A DNA stretch of 64,000 nt. Source: a virus. Position 1 is the first letter of the stretch, and the number at the start of each line of letters is the position of its first letter. The stretch lies in the UHGV virus genome UHGV-2025275; one strand, given 5' to 3'. Made by a program: the position numbers and the translations under genes. Below the pieces are notes generated by a model. The model made no database searches, was not told the origin of the DNA, and was given only the letters and a program-made list of their open reading frames with translations. Shown here one piece after another: positions 37,506 through 47,940 of the stretch.

Positions 37506-39411
37506 AGCTGCGACCCTCTTTGACTTCGACTGTGATGGTTTCCCGGAACCACGATTTCATCTCTTTGTGGGAAATGATCATCACTGTGCCGCGTTCACGC
37601 GCTTTGGCTTCCAGAATCCCCATGAGACGCTCCAGACCGGCAGTGTCGAGCGCGTCGTCAATTTCATCCCCGATAAACAGCTCGATATTCTTACTGGCGC
37701 GACTGGCAACCAGATCCTGCAAAGCAAGAGAGCACGCAATGCGTACCTTACGCTTCTCGCCACCAGACAACGTCTGGAAGGATTTGCTGGAGCCTGTTTT
37801 GGTTACGCTGATATTGAATTTGTCGCGATACTCGCCTTTCTTCGTTGTCTCCATTGTCGACCATTCGGCAACGATGTTGCCGTCCGACAGCGTGTTGAGA
37901 TACTCCGCAGTTCTGATGTTCAGGAAAGGCGTAACAGAGGTCAGGATGTGTGAACGCACACCAGCTGGGGAGTAAACCTGGCGAGCTTTCTCCAGCAACA
38001 GAGCCTGCTCCTGAATACTCTTTAACTCATTTTTAAGTACTGAATGATTAGATTTATTGGCAGCAAGGTTGTCTTCATGACGTTTAATAACGGCCAGAAA
38101 TGGGTTTACCTCTGCCATAATGCGATTCATGTCGGTACGTGCCCGCGCCACCATCGCTTCGACGGCCACAACTTCACGTTCTCGATGACGCAGCGCACTT
38201 AGCTCATTGGTCAGGCGTTCGATTCTGGCGATGATTTCTGATACGTCGGGTGTGGCTGCGACCAGTGCAGACTCGATGTCGAGCGCTTTCTCAAGACGAG
38301 CTTTGTGTTGAGCCACTGCCGCTGCTGATGCCTGCGCCTGGCCGATCTCATTACGCGCTTGTTCAATGAAACTCTCCTTTACGGTGGACAAATCTTCTTC
38401 GCAGTAGGGCTTTCCGCACGTAACACAAGGTGCTCCGACCTTTGTGCCAACCTCTTCTGCTTTGGTTTTAAACGAGCGAGCACGGTTCATCGACTCGTTC
38501 TGTGCTGCTTCTGAAGTGCGGATGCTTGAGCGGATCTCCGTAATCGCACCGCGCACCTTCAGCAGTTTGGCGTCATGCTCTTCTTTGGAGGCCAGCTTGC
38601 TGCGTTCGCCAGCAATCGCGTTTTCCGTATCCCGGATCTGTTCCGGCAGCGAGCGAATTTCCATCACGACTTCGGACAGCGTTACCTCCGCGCCAGCCAA
38701 ATCGACGCGGGCCTTGTCCAGACGTTCGCCGCGATCGCGCTCCCAACTATCAGAGGACGCTTTGGCCGCCTCAATCTCTGACTGCGCGGTCTCGATAAGC
38801 GTGAGACAGGCGTCCATTTTGGATTTGGTAACATCCATGCGTGCGGCAGCTGCATTAGCACGCTCGCGAGCAATGGCATAGGCTCGCGTTAACCGGTCGA
38901 CGCCAGCGGCTTCTTCAACGATGGTTTTGAGGTTCTTGTCGGACATACCCGGCAGATCAGGCATTGCTTCCTGACTGGCGTAGATGGACGCCATGAACAC
39001 CTCTTTCGATGCACCAATCAGGCGTTCAACGAACTCCTGCGTCAGTGTGTCTTTGCCTTTGGTCATATCACCGTCTTCGCCACGGACGATCAGCCGGTTC
39101 TTGAACTCTTTGTGTTTGCGGTGGCGAATGATGGCGTAACGCTTTCCTTCATCCTCAACAGTCACCATCACACGACAGTTTTTCTCGTGACCTGTAGACA
39201 GCACGTCGTCACCTTTGACGCCATGCGCAGTTTCGCCATACAGACACCACATCAGGCTGTTCATCAAAGTCGATTTGCCCGCACCATTGCTGGCAGCAGA
39301 AGAGTCGCCACTGTTAACACCCTGAATGAGCACCAGACCGCGTTGGTCTAACTCAACTTCGGCGCTGGCTAACGCCATGAAGTTCTCAACCTGGAGCTTT
39401 AGAAATTTCAT
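37495..39411 (-). CDS. SbcC/Rad50-like ATPase (T4 gp46-like recombination nuclease subunit)
   Basis: N-terminal Walker A NGAGKST. Long coiled-coil with central CxxC zinc hook (CVTCGKPYC). C-terminal signature LSGGEK and Walker B LFIGDEID. Confidence 0.7.
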   Translation of the reverse strand: MKFLKLQVENFMALASAEVELDQRGLVLIQGVNSGDSSAASNGAGKSTLMNSLMWCLYGETAHGVKGDDVLSTGHEKNCRVMVTVEDEGKRYAIIRHRKHKEFKNRLIVRGEDGDMTKGKDTLTQEFVERLIGASKEVFMASIYASQEAMPDLPGMSDKNLKTIVEEAAGVDRLTRAYAIARERANAAAARMDVTKSKMDACLTLIETAQSEIEAAKASSDSWERDRGERLDKARVDLAGAEVTLSEVVMEIRSLPEQIRDTENAIAGERSKLASKEEHDAKLLKVRGAITEIRSSIRTSEAAQNESMNRARSFKTKAEEVGTKVGAPCVTCGKPYCEEDLSTVKESFIEQARNEIGQAQASAAAVAQHKARLEKALDIESALVAATPDVSEIIARIERLTNELSALRHREREVVAVEAMVARARTDMNRIMAEVNPFLAVIKRHEDNLAANKSNHSVLKNELKSIQEQALLLEKARQVYSPAGVRSHILTSVTPFLNIRTAEYLNTLSDGNIVAEWSTMETTKKGEYRDKFNISVTKTGSSKSFQTLSGGEKRKVRIACSLALQDLVASRASKNIELFIGDEIDDALDTAGLERLMGILEAKARERGTVMIISHKEMKSWFRETITVEVKEGRSYVV

Positions 39412-39640
39412 ACAATGCCTCTAACTTTTTGATTCAAATGCTGGCCTTTTCGCAGTTGAAACTCTGTGTGGGCCGGGAAAGATCTCCGTTTCAGTACGCC
39501 TTGTTTGCTCAGTCTTCCCAGATAAAACGCCACAGGGTTTCCGTTGGGTGGGTAGGGCTTGTGGAACATCACCGTCTGGCCTCGTTCAAGTCTTTTCATC
39601 GTGGAGATGAAGTCCCGAAAGCTCCCAGAATGGCTCGTAC

Positions 39641-40726
39641 TCACATTGCCTCCGCACTCTCCGCTTCGGTCAGGATCTCCTGACACAGCATGTCCAGCTT
39701 GCTCAGGTCGAAGCCGCCGTCAGTGTCGTGAACGATCTTGCAGTACGCCGCGACGGACTCGCCCAGGCTGTCTATTTTGCTGGTCTCCGCAGTACTGGCA
39801 GTGCCTTCCATCATCGATGCCTTGCGGATGAAGTTGCAGACGACACCCTTCGCGCCCATTGTTTTCAGGACGTTCTGGATTTTGATGCCCTCTTCATCGC
39901 TCTCCACAACGGCACGGAAGCGCACGTAGTTACCACGAATTTGGTCGTCTTCCACATCGTCCTCAAGGTTGACGAACTTGGGTGCGGAGGTTTCGTGGTG
40001 GGTGAATGTGCCGTCAGGGTTGACGATCATGAAGCCAGCCAGCGAGCCAACATCGCCCCAATTCTGGTGCGTCAGCGCCCCGATGCTAACCACTCCAGGC
40101 AGCACTTCTTTGTGGTTGTGGTAGTGTCCGGACAGCAACAAACGGAAGCCGATATCTTTCAGTTCCTGTGCGTCGATGCCGACATCAGGCATGGTGGGGA
40201 TCGCTTTGTTGATTGAGGTATGCACAACGACATCGTGGTTGTCGCCATCCAGCCCGGAACGCAGTGTTTTGAGGTCGCTGATAAGCTCTGCGTGGTTATT
40301 GCGCCAGCTAATCAGATGGACGGTAACGTCGCCCACTTTGATGGAGTGAGGACGTTTGCCGCAGACGATTTCCACACCGATTGAGCGCAGAGAGGCCGCT
40401 GCATTGGCGCTGTATACGGAATCGTTGGTTTCGAGGTCGTGGTTGCCGGCCAGCATAACCACTTCGAGGCCCAACTCTTTGATGATCCACTCGTAAGTTT
40501 CACTCACGAAATGCAGGACGGAAGGTGATATAGCACCACGAACATGGAAAGTATCACCAGCCACCAGCATGTACTTACAGCCCGCAGCTTTCATGGCTTT
40601 GGCTGCTTCTTTCGTGGCGTCCAGTTGGATCTCCAGTCGAGAGTTCAGCCCGTCAGCGTTTGTTGTCGCAAAAGCATCCCAACGATGATAATGGGGATCT
40701 GATATCACCCCGTATGGCAATGTCAT
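39641..40726 (-). CDS. SbcD/Mre11-like nuclease (T4 gp47-like)
   Basis: Calcineurin-like phosphoesterase motifs VAGDTFH, GNHD, GHYH. Confidence 0.75.
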   Translation of the reverse strand: MTLPYGVISDPHYHRWDAFATTNADGLNSRLEIQLDATKEAAKAMKAAGCKYMLVAGDTFHVRGAISPSVLHFVSETYEWIIKELGLEVVMLAGNHDLETNDSVYSANAAASLRSIGVEIVCGKRPHSIKVGDVTVHLISWRNNHAELISDLKTLRSGLDGDNHDVVVHTSINKAIPTMPDVGIDAQELKDIGFRLLLSGHYHNHKEVLPGVVSIGALTHQNWGDVGSLAGFMIVNPDGTFTHHETSAPKFVNLEDDVEDDQIRGNYVRFRAVVESDEEGIKIQNVLKTMGAKGVVCNFIRKASMMEGTASTAETSKIDSLGESVAAYCKIVHDTDGGFDLSKLDMLCQEILTEAESAEAM

Positions 40727-40954
40727 GTGTCTTTTCCTTTGTGGTTATTTTGATACAGATGTTAAGCGTGTTTGAGAGGCGAGCAACCCAGACAACACGG
40801 CACAGAAGAAAATCTACAGGCACACGATTATGACAAAATATATAAGTAAGTGAATACCTATTTTATGAAGCGACATAGATTTCTAAATGTTACAAGCCAC
40901 TCTATAATCGCAGTCACTCATTGATGACAACTAAACGAAAAAGGAGAACGGACG

Positions 40955-41458
40955 GTGAAACGCGTAATTATAGGGACGATGGCCATTGCTCTGATCGGAT
41001 GCGTGCCAAAGCCGCCTCAAGATGAAAAGTCAGCTGGCGGGTACGTTGATATTTATTCCACTTCAAGCGTAGCTATTGCCCAAGACAGAGCCGACAAATT
41101 GTGTGGAAGCCATGCCTATTATGTCTCCAACGACAATGATTTAACCAAAGTCATGGGTAAATACGCGCCTTCATTCCCAAAAATCCGTTTCAACTGTGAT
41201 CTTGAAATGGCCGCTTATCTCGGTAGCAAAGAGGCAAAGGAGATCAAGATGAAGCGCATAGAGGAAGCCTACAAGGAGATGTACAAGGCCCAATATGAGC
41301 TGAAAGAAGTGCGCCGTAAGAACGCTGATCCGAAGAAGCTGGAGTCCTACACAGAACGCGATCCTGACGGCACTATTCGCAGCTACAGCTTCTTGAACGG
41401 CAAGTCGTGCGAATCCATCGTATACCCAGACGGCACTGGCAAAACAACTTGCGATTAA
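40955..41458 (+). CDS. lipoprotein (hypothetical)
   Basis: Lipobox IALIGC. 167 aa, plus strand, accessory. Confidence 0.5.
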   Translation: MKRVIIGTMAIALIGCVPKPPQDEKSAGGYVDIYSTSSVAIAQDRADKLCGSHAYYVSNDNDLTKVMGKYAPSFPKIRFNCDLEMAAYLGSKEAKEIKMKRIEEAYKEMYKAQYELKEVRRKNADPKKLESYTERDPDGTIRSYSFLNGKSCESIVYPDGTGKTTCD

Positions 41459-41489
41459 TTCTTCAGAAGCACCTCATATGGGGTGCTTT

Positions 41490-41984
41490 TTACTTTGGAT
41501 CGCGAAACAGCATCTGCGTGCCTTTGGGTGACGTGTCGAAAAGGTGAAAACCTCTGCGTTTTAGCATGTCGGCCATTTGCGAGGATTTGACGTAGCACTT
41601 CGCCATCATCGGCTGGCTCGGGTTTGAATCGATCATGTCGGACACCAGCATTGACCCATAGCCTTTCCCGCGCAGCTCTTTGACGATACTGACGGCACGG
41701 AGTTCAAGTCGTGGCGCACCGGTTGGATCGAGTGCGGCACAGAACCAGATTAGCCCTGCTTTTTTGTCATCAGAACGGCGCAGCAGGATGTAGATATAAT
41801 GCCCGGAGTATTGGCCCTGCTCGTTCGTCTGGATGGCCAGCCTGGTCTGCTTCTCAAAGGTTTTACCACCCTTTGATGTGAGGATCTCTTCGTAGAAGTG
41901 ACCCTTGCGTGCGCCGTCTTCGAACTCACCCATGATAAATGGCATGTCTGCCACAGTTGCTGCCCTTGAATAAAATTCACTCAT
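41490..41984 (-). CDS. GNAT family N-acetyltransferase
   Basis: Motif A ELRGKGYGSMLV. 164 aa. Confidence 0.55.
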   Translation of the reverse strand: MSEFYSRAATVADMPFIMGEFEDGARKGHFYEEILTSKGGKTFEKQTRLAIQTNEQGQYSGHYIYILLRRSDDKKAGLIWFCAALDPTGAPRLELRAVSIVKELRGKGYGSMLVSDMIDSNPSQPMMAKCYVKSSQMADMLKRRGFHLFDTSPKGTQMLFRDPK

Positions 41985-42059
41985 GTATTAATCCCTAAAG
42001 CTCTCAGTGTCTTTCTAAGACACCATATTTTATGCCCCGGTAAAACCATGAGTTTACGT

Positions 42060-42704
42060 TTAAAACGTCTCAGAGGGCTTCTGACGCGCTACGCTGATGT
42101 CGATTACCCCAGCTTTTGGGCGAGGGTCGACAAGATTCAACTCTTCAGCACTGTGATACTCCGTATCGAACTCCCGATCGACATGGCGAATGTAGATGGC
42201 CGTAAGAAGGCTGTCGTCGTTCAGGAAGTGTCCGTAGGATTTGCGGATCACTTCGCCAACCTTCTCGATCTTCTCTCCACCCATGCAGAGATGGTTAAAC
42301 CGGCTGTGTTTCCGCAGCATCTCATCCACCGGGCCGGAGTAGACCTTATCGACTCTCCCGAACCGGATGATATTTCCAGTATCAGCCTCAACCAGACAAA
42401 CGAGCTTGCCAGGTTCGACCCGGTCTCGCCATGTTACACCAGAGCGGAGTGTGTTGAAGTAGGGTGCGTCTAATCCGATGATCGGTTTACGAAATGCCAG
42501 CAGTGGCACGTAACGTATGCAGCTGTTCAGGTGGAAGTGCGCCCCGGCGTCGTGGAGTTTGAGCCGGGTTTCGTTAATCGGGCACTTCGACGCAATGCCG
42601 CACAGGTCGCAGAGCAACTTCTGTTTGTTCAGGCTAGTGTTCGATTCAATGGTGTAGGAGCCATCTTCAAGACGGCGAACCCAGCGCGTGCGTTTGAGAT
42701 CCAT
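42060..42704 (-). CDS. hypothetical protein
   Basis: 214 aa ORF adjacent to the replication origin. Confidence 0.4.
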   Translation of the reverse strand: MDLKRTRWVRRLEDGSYTIESNTSLNKQKLLCDLCGIASKCPINETRLKLHDAGAHFHLNSCIRYVPLLAFRKPIIGLDAPYFNTLRSGVTWRDRVEPGKLVCLVEADTGNIIRFGRVDKVYSGPVDEMLRKHSRFNHLCMGGEKIEKVGEVIRKSYGHFLNDDSLLTAIYIRHVDREFDTEYHSAEELNLVDPRPKAGVIDISVARQKPSETF

Positions 42705-42790
42705 AATTCTTATTCAAATAGTTTTGTCCGGGGCAACGATAACTGACAAGGCGCACCGATGTTTGCAAATGCCTGTTTTACTTATACCCA

Positions 42791-43006
42791 TTATTCACAG
42801 GACCGATCCAATAATTAGATCCCCAGAGAGATCCTACAGAAGATCAAAAGAGATCCCCGATCGTCTCCAGCCGTTGCGGTTACTGGCCTGAGAGGGGTTT
42901 ACTATCCACTATGGGGAGGAAAGTAACCTCTGTAGAGAGCATAATAACCGCTATGAAGAGCAAAACAACCTCTCTGGAGAGTGGTCGGTATCCACTGTAG
43001 TGAGTA
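42791..43006 (+). other. origin module 1: DnaA box TTATTCACA + GATC heptamer cluster (42805-42872) + 5 direct ~20-bp iterons (42901-43006)
   Basis: Iterons with core CCACTGTAGNGAGTAG at 20-21 bp spacing. Six GATC sites in ~70 bp. Architecture matches P1 oriR/incC. Confidence 0.65.
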
Positions 43007-43165
43007 GGATACATTGTCTTAACTGGATAACTCAGTGCCTGTTTTTCTACGTCAGGTGGCTGATATTCATAGAGATGTTGGAAGTTTTGCGTTCAGGCGT
43101 GTTTGTTTCGACCACACATTATCCCCAGAAGGGGAGTGATGGCTGGTTTTGCAATTACCTGATTT

Positions 43166-43408
43166 TTATACACAGGCCCGATCCAGTAATTCAGATCCCA
43201 AAGAGAACCAAAGAGACCCACAAAGACCCAAAAAGATCCCCGCACCCCGCAAACCGTTGTGCCACATGGCCTTAGAGGTGATCGATATCCACTATAGAGA
43301 GAAGATCAGCCACTATGAAGAGCAAGCCAACCACTGTAGAGAGTAGAAAAACCACTATAGGCGGTAGGATAACCGCTGTGATGAGTGCTACTATCCACTG
43401 TAATCAGC
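43166..43408 (+). other. origin module 2 (tandem duplicate): DnaA box TTATACACA + GATC cluster + 6 direct iterons (43285-43408)
   Basis: Sequence is colinear and similar to module 1, ~375 bp periodicity. Immediately precedes repA. Confidence 0.6.
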
Positions 43409-43448
43409 AAAGGCCACCAAAGCGGTCGAATAAAAAGAGACACTTGGA

Positions 43449-44504
43449 ATGAGCGAAAACGGCAATAAAAACATAGCGATCGTTGAAGCATTCTCAGAAA
43501 CAGACAAAAAGACCGGTGAAGTTGTTACGTTAGTTCCTAACACCAACAACACAGTTCAGCCTGTTGCTCTGATGCGTCTTGGTCTCTTCGTTCCGACGCT
43601 GAAATCGACCGCCAGGGGCAGAAAGGGGCAAATGGTCTCTATGGACGCCTCTGCTGAACTCAAACAGCTGTCTCTGGCCAAAGCCGAAGGGTACGAGGAC
43701 ATAAGGATCTCCGGCGTTCGTCTGGATATGGATAACGACTTCAAAACGTGGGTAGGCATCATCCACGCGTTCGCCAAGCACAAGGTTGTTGGCGACACCG
43801 TCACGTTACCGTTCGTCGAGTTCGTCAGGCTCTGTGGCATACCAACGGCCAGATCGTCCGCGAAGTTACGCAAGCGCCTGGACAGTTCTCTAACTCGTAT
43901 TGCCACAAACACTATCTCATTCCGCAGTAAAGGCTCTGATGAGTATTACGTGACGCACCTTGTGCAGACAGCAAAGTACAGCACAAAGAACGACACGGTC
44001 TCGCTGCAGGCTGATCCTAAGATTTTCGAACTCTACCAGTTCGACAAAAAGGTTCTTCTGCAACTCCGGGCAATTAACGAACTCTCCAGAAAAGAATCCG
44101 CGCAGGCGCTCTACACCTTCATCGAAAGTTTGCCACCTGACCCGGTACCAATCTCGCTGGCTCGCTTACGCGCCAGACTTAACTTAACCAGCCGCACCAT
44201 TACCCAGAACGCGACAGTCAGGAAGGCGATGGAGCAGCTGCGTGAGATCGGCTATCTCGATTACACCGAAGTGAAGCGCGGCAGCTCGGTCTACTTCATC
44301 ATCCACTATAGGCGGCCGAAATTACGCCCAGCACTGCCACCAACTAAAGCTGCGCCTGAAGAACCAGAAGACATCTTGCCTGGTGATGATCAGGAGGACA
44401 TTATCGATGTTGTTCCTGAAGAAAAAGAGGGTGAGATGGTCATGTTGAGCAAGGAAGAACTGGCGATTCTCGAAGAGCTACGCAAGGCAAAAGCTCGCAA
44501 ATAA
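43449..44504 (+). CDS. repA: iteron-binding replication initiator RepA
   Basis: 351 aa gene flanked upstream and downstream by iterons. Acidic C-terminus. Confidence 0.7.
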   Translation: MSENGNKNIAIVEAFSETDKKTGEVVTLVPNTNNTVQPVALMRLGLFVPTLKSTARGRKGQMVSMDASAELKQLSLAKAEGYEDIRISGVRLDMDNDFKTWVGIIHAFAKHKVVGDTVTLPFVEFVRLCGIPTARSSAKLRKRLDSSLTRIATNTISFRSKGSDEYYVTHLVQTAKYSTKNDTVSLQADPKIFELYQFDKKVLLQLRAINELSRKESAQALYTFIESLPPDPVPISLARLRARLNLTSRTITQNATVRKAMEQLREIGYLDYTEVKRGSSVYFIIHYRRPKLRPALPPTKAAPEEPEDILPGDDQEDIIDVVPEEKEGEMVMLSKEELAILEELRKAKARK

Positions 44505-45065
44505 CCCAACCACTGTAGAGAGTAGAAAGGCTCACTATCCACTGTAGTGAGCCTTTTGTTTATCTGAAATCCGCTATCCACTGTAGTGAGTAACAACAAC
44601 CGAAGAGTAACCACTGTAGGCAGTAGCGCTCAAATAACGAAATAAATGTTAGTGGTTACAAACCTAGATGAAACAAGGGCTGCGAGGTTAGTGGTCACTG
44701 GGTATCTTGTTAAATCCTCTCTATAGTGGTTATCGTTGTTCCCGTCGTTATTGGCTATCCACTGTGGAGAGCAGAATCGGTTGGCCGGATTTACTAACCA
44801 CTGTAGTGAGTAGATATCCGCTGAAAACAGTGAAGGTTTACTCTCTATAGTGGATACCCGCTGGAGAGCGCATTCCATCACTCTCTATAGTGGTTGTTTG
44901 CTGCGAATGAACGCCTGTTTACTCCCTACAGTGGATAGCGACGTCGATAATCTCCACTTTACTCACTACAGTGGATACCGGATGTCACGGCAGGCGTTTT
45001 ACTCACTACAGTGGTTATGGGCCGGATACGCACGCGGTGAGCTGGCTACTCACCGCAGTGGTTAG
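44505..45065. repeat. downstream iteron array (incA-like copy-control locus), 13 or more iterons in both orientations
   Basis: Repeated CCACTGTAG(T/A)GAGTA / TACTCACTACAGTGG units through 45060. Confidence 0.7.
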
Positions 45066-45070
45066 TGTTA

Positions 45071-45286
45071 TCAGTGGATTTTCTTCAGCAGACCCCAGAG
45101 TGTCCCGGCCTTCGTCGTGAGCTTACCTGTTTCCGGATCGTACATGCGCCATTCGCGACGCTGGTGGACAATGACACCGTCCTCACGTTCCAGACGCTCC
45201 AGCACGCCGGTCTGCTTAAACCCTTTGGCACGCCAGTAGCCACTTGTTTTTTCGATTTCCAGACCTGCCAGTGTAACCGCCATCAA
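45071..45286 (-). CDS. hypothetical small protein
   Basis: 71 aa ORF. Confidence 0.35.
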   Translation of the reverse strand: MMAVTLAGLEIEKTSGYWRAKGFKQTGVLERLEREDGVIVHQRREWRMYDPETGKLTTKAGTLWGLLKKIH

Positions 45287-45618
45287 CCAACCTCCTTGCA
45301 GTCATCGAAAAGGTAGCTGGCGTTCTTCGCGTGAACGCCGTAGACATCACCTGATTTGTTGTAAACGAACTTATCTTCACCCACGCCAGACAGTTTGCCG
45401 TTACGTTTGGTGAGATAGGGGGAAGACAGGACGCGATCATCGCGAACAACATAAAACTGTTCGCCGCTGTCCACAACCATCGCGCCGTAGCTGGCTTTGA
45501 CGACATTGCGGATCACGTCGTTTTTCACTTCGGCCACTGACATCTCACACTCATAGACGTGCGTGTCCGCGTAGACAGGGAGGGAGAGCAGCGCCAGAGC
45601 CAGGGCTAGTTTCTTCAT
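45283..45618 (-). CDS. secreted protein (hypothetical)
   Basis: Signal peptide MKKLALALALLSLPVYA. Confidence 0.4.
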   Translation of the reverse strand: MKKLALALALLSLPVYADTHVYECEMSVAEVKNDVIRNVVKASYGAMVVDSGEQFYVVRDDRVLSSPYLTKRNGKLSGVGEDKFVYNKSGDVYGVHAKNASYLFDDCKEVG

Positions 45619-45834
45619 GCCACGACTCCTTTGATAACGCCGAATGCTGAGTCGAATACCAGCACTACGGCCAGCGCATTAACCATCGCGCCATTAACAG
45701 GCGCCAGCGCTTTACGGATTGCTCCGGTGAAGATGCAATCGAGCACAAAAGCTATCGAGACAATAAGTAATAAAGTGTCTAATACAGTTTTCATGATAGG
45801 TAGATACTAACTTATATATTTTTTGCTGTAAATA

Positions 45835-46110
45835 TCACTCAAAAGTGCTGATGCCTAAGATACGCTCAAGATGAGCCGCGTCTTCATCGCTTACCGGCAT
45901 CGTGTCGCCGACGTACCAGCAACTACCGTTGTGCCAACAAACACCGTCATCATCGACATACACAGAATCTGCATCCATGCCAGTGTACTCAACGAGATTG
46001 CGCTCAATTGCCGCTTGAATTTCTTCATCGTTCAGCCCATCGCACTTGACCATGAATAGCGGGTAAACGTCATAGTCGGTGCTGGCTGAAATTCGAACCA
46101 AAATCTTCAT
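45835..46110 (-). CDS. hypothetical protein
   Basis: Start at ATG 46110 with RBS AAGGAGAAG. Class-2 palindrome at 46125-46143 just upstream. Confidence 0.4.
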   Translation of the reverse strand: MKILVRISASTDYDVYPLFMVKCDGLNDEEIQAAIERNLVEYTGMDADSVYVDDDGVCWHNGSCWYVGDTMPVSDEDAAHLERILGISTFE

Positions 46111-46178
46111 GTGTCTTCTCCTTGTTGGTAAGTACTTATTTATATTAATGTGCGCCATGCGGCGCACAATCATTGTGT

Positions 46179-46589
46179 TCAGGCTGGTGGAAAGAACTTC
46201 TCCAGCGTGCGGTCGACAGCTTTATCGATGTGCATCAGATGCCAGACGACCATATCTTTACTTCCCATACCGCGGGTGTAGATCACGTCGAACTTACGCC
46301 AGGCGGCGTGAAACCAGTGCGGTGTATCATTAACCGGCAGATTCTCTCCAGCCTCCTTGAAGTACTTGAGCAGCATGGCCTGTTCAGCGGTGGGCGTCGG
46401 GCCAATCTCTTCCGCGTACATTCTGATGAAACGCTGCCAGTCGGCTTCATCTTCTGAAGGTTCCGGTGCGTTCATCTCTGCAATCGCCTCACGCAGCTGC
46501 GTCGCCCATTCTGGCTCTGGGAAGCCCTGGGCAATTTCGGTATCCACTACATCCAGCGCAGCGTTGGCCGCGTCATACAGTTTCTTCAC
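46179..46589 (-). CDS. hypothetical protein
   Basis: 136 aa ORF. Confidence 0.4.
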   Translation of the reverse strand: MKKLYDAANAALDVVDTEIAQGFPEPEWATQLREAIAEMNAPEPSEDEADWQRFIRMYAEEIGPTPTAEQAMLLKYFKEAGENLPVNDTPHWFHAAWRKFDVIYTRGMGSKDMVVWHLMHIDKAVDRTLEKFFPPA

Positions 46590-46944
46590 GCTTTTTCTCC
46601 TGCATTAAAAGGAACACGGTCATTGCCGCTCTGAAAGGGTTAGGGTTCTGGATCAGATGTTGTGGCGTTGAGCTATCCACCTTTCTGTGGGCCGCTCTCC
46701 ACTCGCCAGGCTGTCTGGCGGGGATTACGCCGATTCTGTGTCGATAAATAATGTCCCACGCATCTTCCGGATCGTTACACCAGTCGAAGGTTCCGGCTCC
46801 GTTCGGGCCGATGGCGACCACTGCTGTGTAATCGCCTTCCTGTGAGCCTTTCCAGCCATATTGTGAGATAAGCGGTCGATGGCCGGTGGCTTCCGCGACC
46901 AGGCAGTTAATCTCAAAGTCCGTCATCTCGCTGTAATTTTTCAT
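46573..46944 (-). CDS. hypothetical protein
   Basis: Start at ATG 46944 with RBS GAAGGAGATCGGGA. Class-1 motif at 47026-47060. Confidence 0.4.
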   Translation of the reverse strand: MKNYSEMTDFEINCLVAEATGHRPLISQYGWKGSQEGDYTAVVAIGPNGAGTFDWCNDPEDAWDIIYRHRIGVIPARQPGEWRAAHRKVDSSTPQHLIQNPNPFRAAMTVFLLMQEKKREETV

Positions 46945-47061
46945 TCCCGATCTCCTTCTCATCCGTTGCCGAACAACTATGTGGCGTTGTCACTTTGTAC
47001 TTCTACGGATGCTAATTCCGTATTAGTAACCAATTTGTTTTCTTGTTGGTGATAATACGGA

Positions 47062-47088
47062 AATAAAAAAGGCGTCCAAGTGGACGCC
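47062..47088 (-). terminator. rho-independent terminator (minus strand)
   Basis: GGCGTCCActtgGACGCC + TTTTTT on the minus strand, after the SPFH gene. Confidence 0.6.
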
Positions 47089-47106
47089 GTATCTTTGAAA
47101 AGGCTG

Positions 47107-47937
47107 TTACTTCAACGCGATAAACGGAGTATTAGCCCCTTCAGTCATGTACTGAGGCAACTGGCCATTCCATTTGTTGATGGCTTCCAGCTCCATGACG
47201 TTCGGGTTCTGACGTAATGCTTCACCGCGCAACTTGATGGCATCAGCTTCTGCTTGAGCACGCTTGCGGATAGCGTCGGCTTCACCTTCGGCTTGTTCAC
47301 GCAGCATGTTCGCTTCTGCCTTGCGCTGCTCAACTTCCTGCTGGCGCTGGAGCGTTTTCTGGTTCGCGGTCACTTTGGCATTGATAGATTCGATGACAGT
47401 GTCCGGGTAGTCTGGTTTGCCCACCCATGACAGGCTAATAACCTCAATACCTACCGGTGACATTTCTGCCTGAATGTCTTTCAGCGCATTGTCGAGCAGA
47501 GACGCCTTGCCACCGTCGATGAACGTGTCGGTAGTCATGCGGCTGGCCAGACGGTTCAGTGAGTCCGCAATCTTCTGGCGCAGATCAGTGTCGGTAATGT
47601 CATCAACACCTTTGCGATAGGTCTGGAATACGGTAGTTACTTTGTCGCGATTAACCAGATATGCCACACCAATTTTGTGGCCGATGGCTGTACCGTCGCT
47701 CATCTGGAATGTGAACGGCTCATCGTAGGTTTTCATCTGTTTGAAAGTGGGGAAGGTGTACAGCTCGGTATTCAGACCAGTCCACTGACGGCCAACGCCG
47801 ACAACTTCACCGATACCTTTGTCTTCACCCAATTTGTTTACCTTAATGCCAACGTATCCCGGTTCCACGCGATCGCAGCCGGTCAGACCCATTGTGCAAA
47901 TAGCAGCCAAAGCCACCGCCAGTAAACCTTTCTTCAT
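47107..47937 (-). CDS. SPFH/band-7 domain lipoprotein
   Basis: Lipobox GLTGC. Prohibitin/HflC-like core. C-terminal coiled-coil (QRQQEVEQRKAEANMLREQAEGEADAI). Confidence 0.55.
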   Translation of the reverse strand: MKKGLLAVALAAICTMGLTGCDRVEPGYVGIKVNKLGEDKGIGEVVGVGRQWTGLNTELYTFPTFKQMKTYDEPFTFQMSDGTAIGHKIGVAYLVNRDKVTTVFQTYRKGVDDITDTDLRQKIADSLNRLASRMTTDTFIDGGKASLLDNALKDIQAEMSPVGIEVISLSWVGKPDYPDTVIESINAKVTANQKTLQRQQEVEQRKAEANMLREQAEGEADAIRKRAQAEADAIKLRGEALRQNPNVMELEAINKWNGQLPQYMTEGANTPFIALK

Positions 47938-47940
47938 TAC

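Noticed and set aside
39408-39686. 92-aa ORF between sbcD-like and sbcC-like genes.
   Set aside because: It overlaps the 3' end of the sbcD-like gene by 45 nt, and only an internal start would avoid that. No motif is recognisable. The coding status is uncertain.
42901-45065. Could the ~20-bp repeat clusters be a CRISPR array?
   Set aside because: Repeats are contiguous, with no unique spacers between them. They occur in both orientations downstream of repA and flank a Rep initiator gene. That makes them classic plasmid iterons, not CRISPR repeats.
45615-45794. 59-aa minus-strand ORF (MKTVLDTLLLIVSIAFVLDCIF...) encoding a small membrane protein.
   Set aside because: It is plausible (hydrophobic, overlaps the next gene's start by ATGA), but below the ORF-track threshold and has no clear SD. 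Too weak to list as a confident feature.
46093-46101. tRNA T-loop-like GGTTCGAAT on the minus strand.
   Set aside because: It lies inside a coding ORF (45835..46173). No acceptor-stem or anticodon-arm pairing could be built around it. No tRNA was called anywhere in the window.
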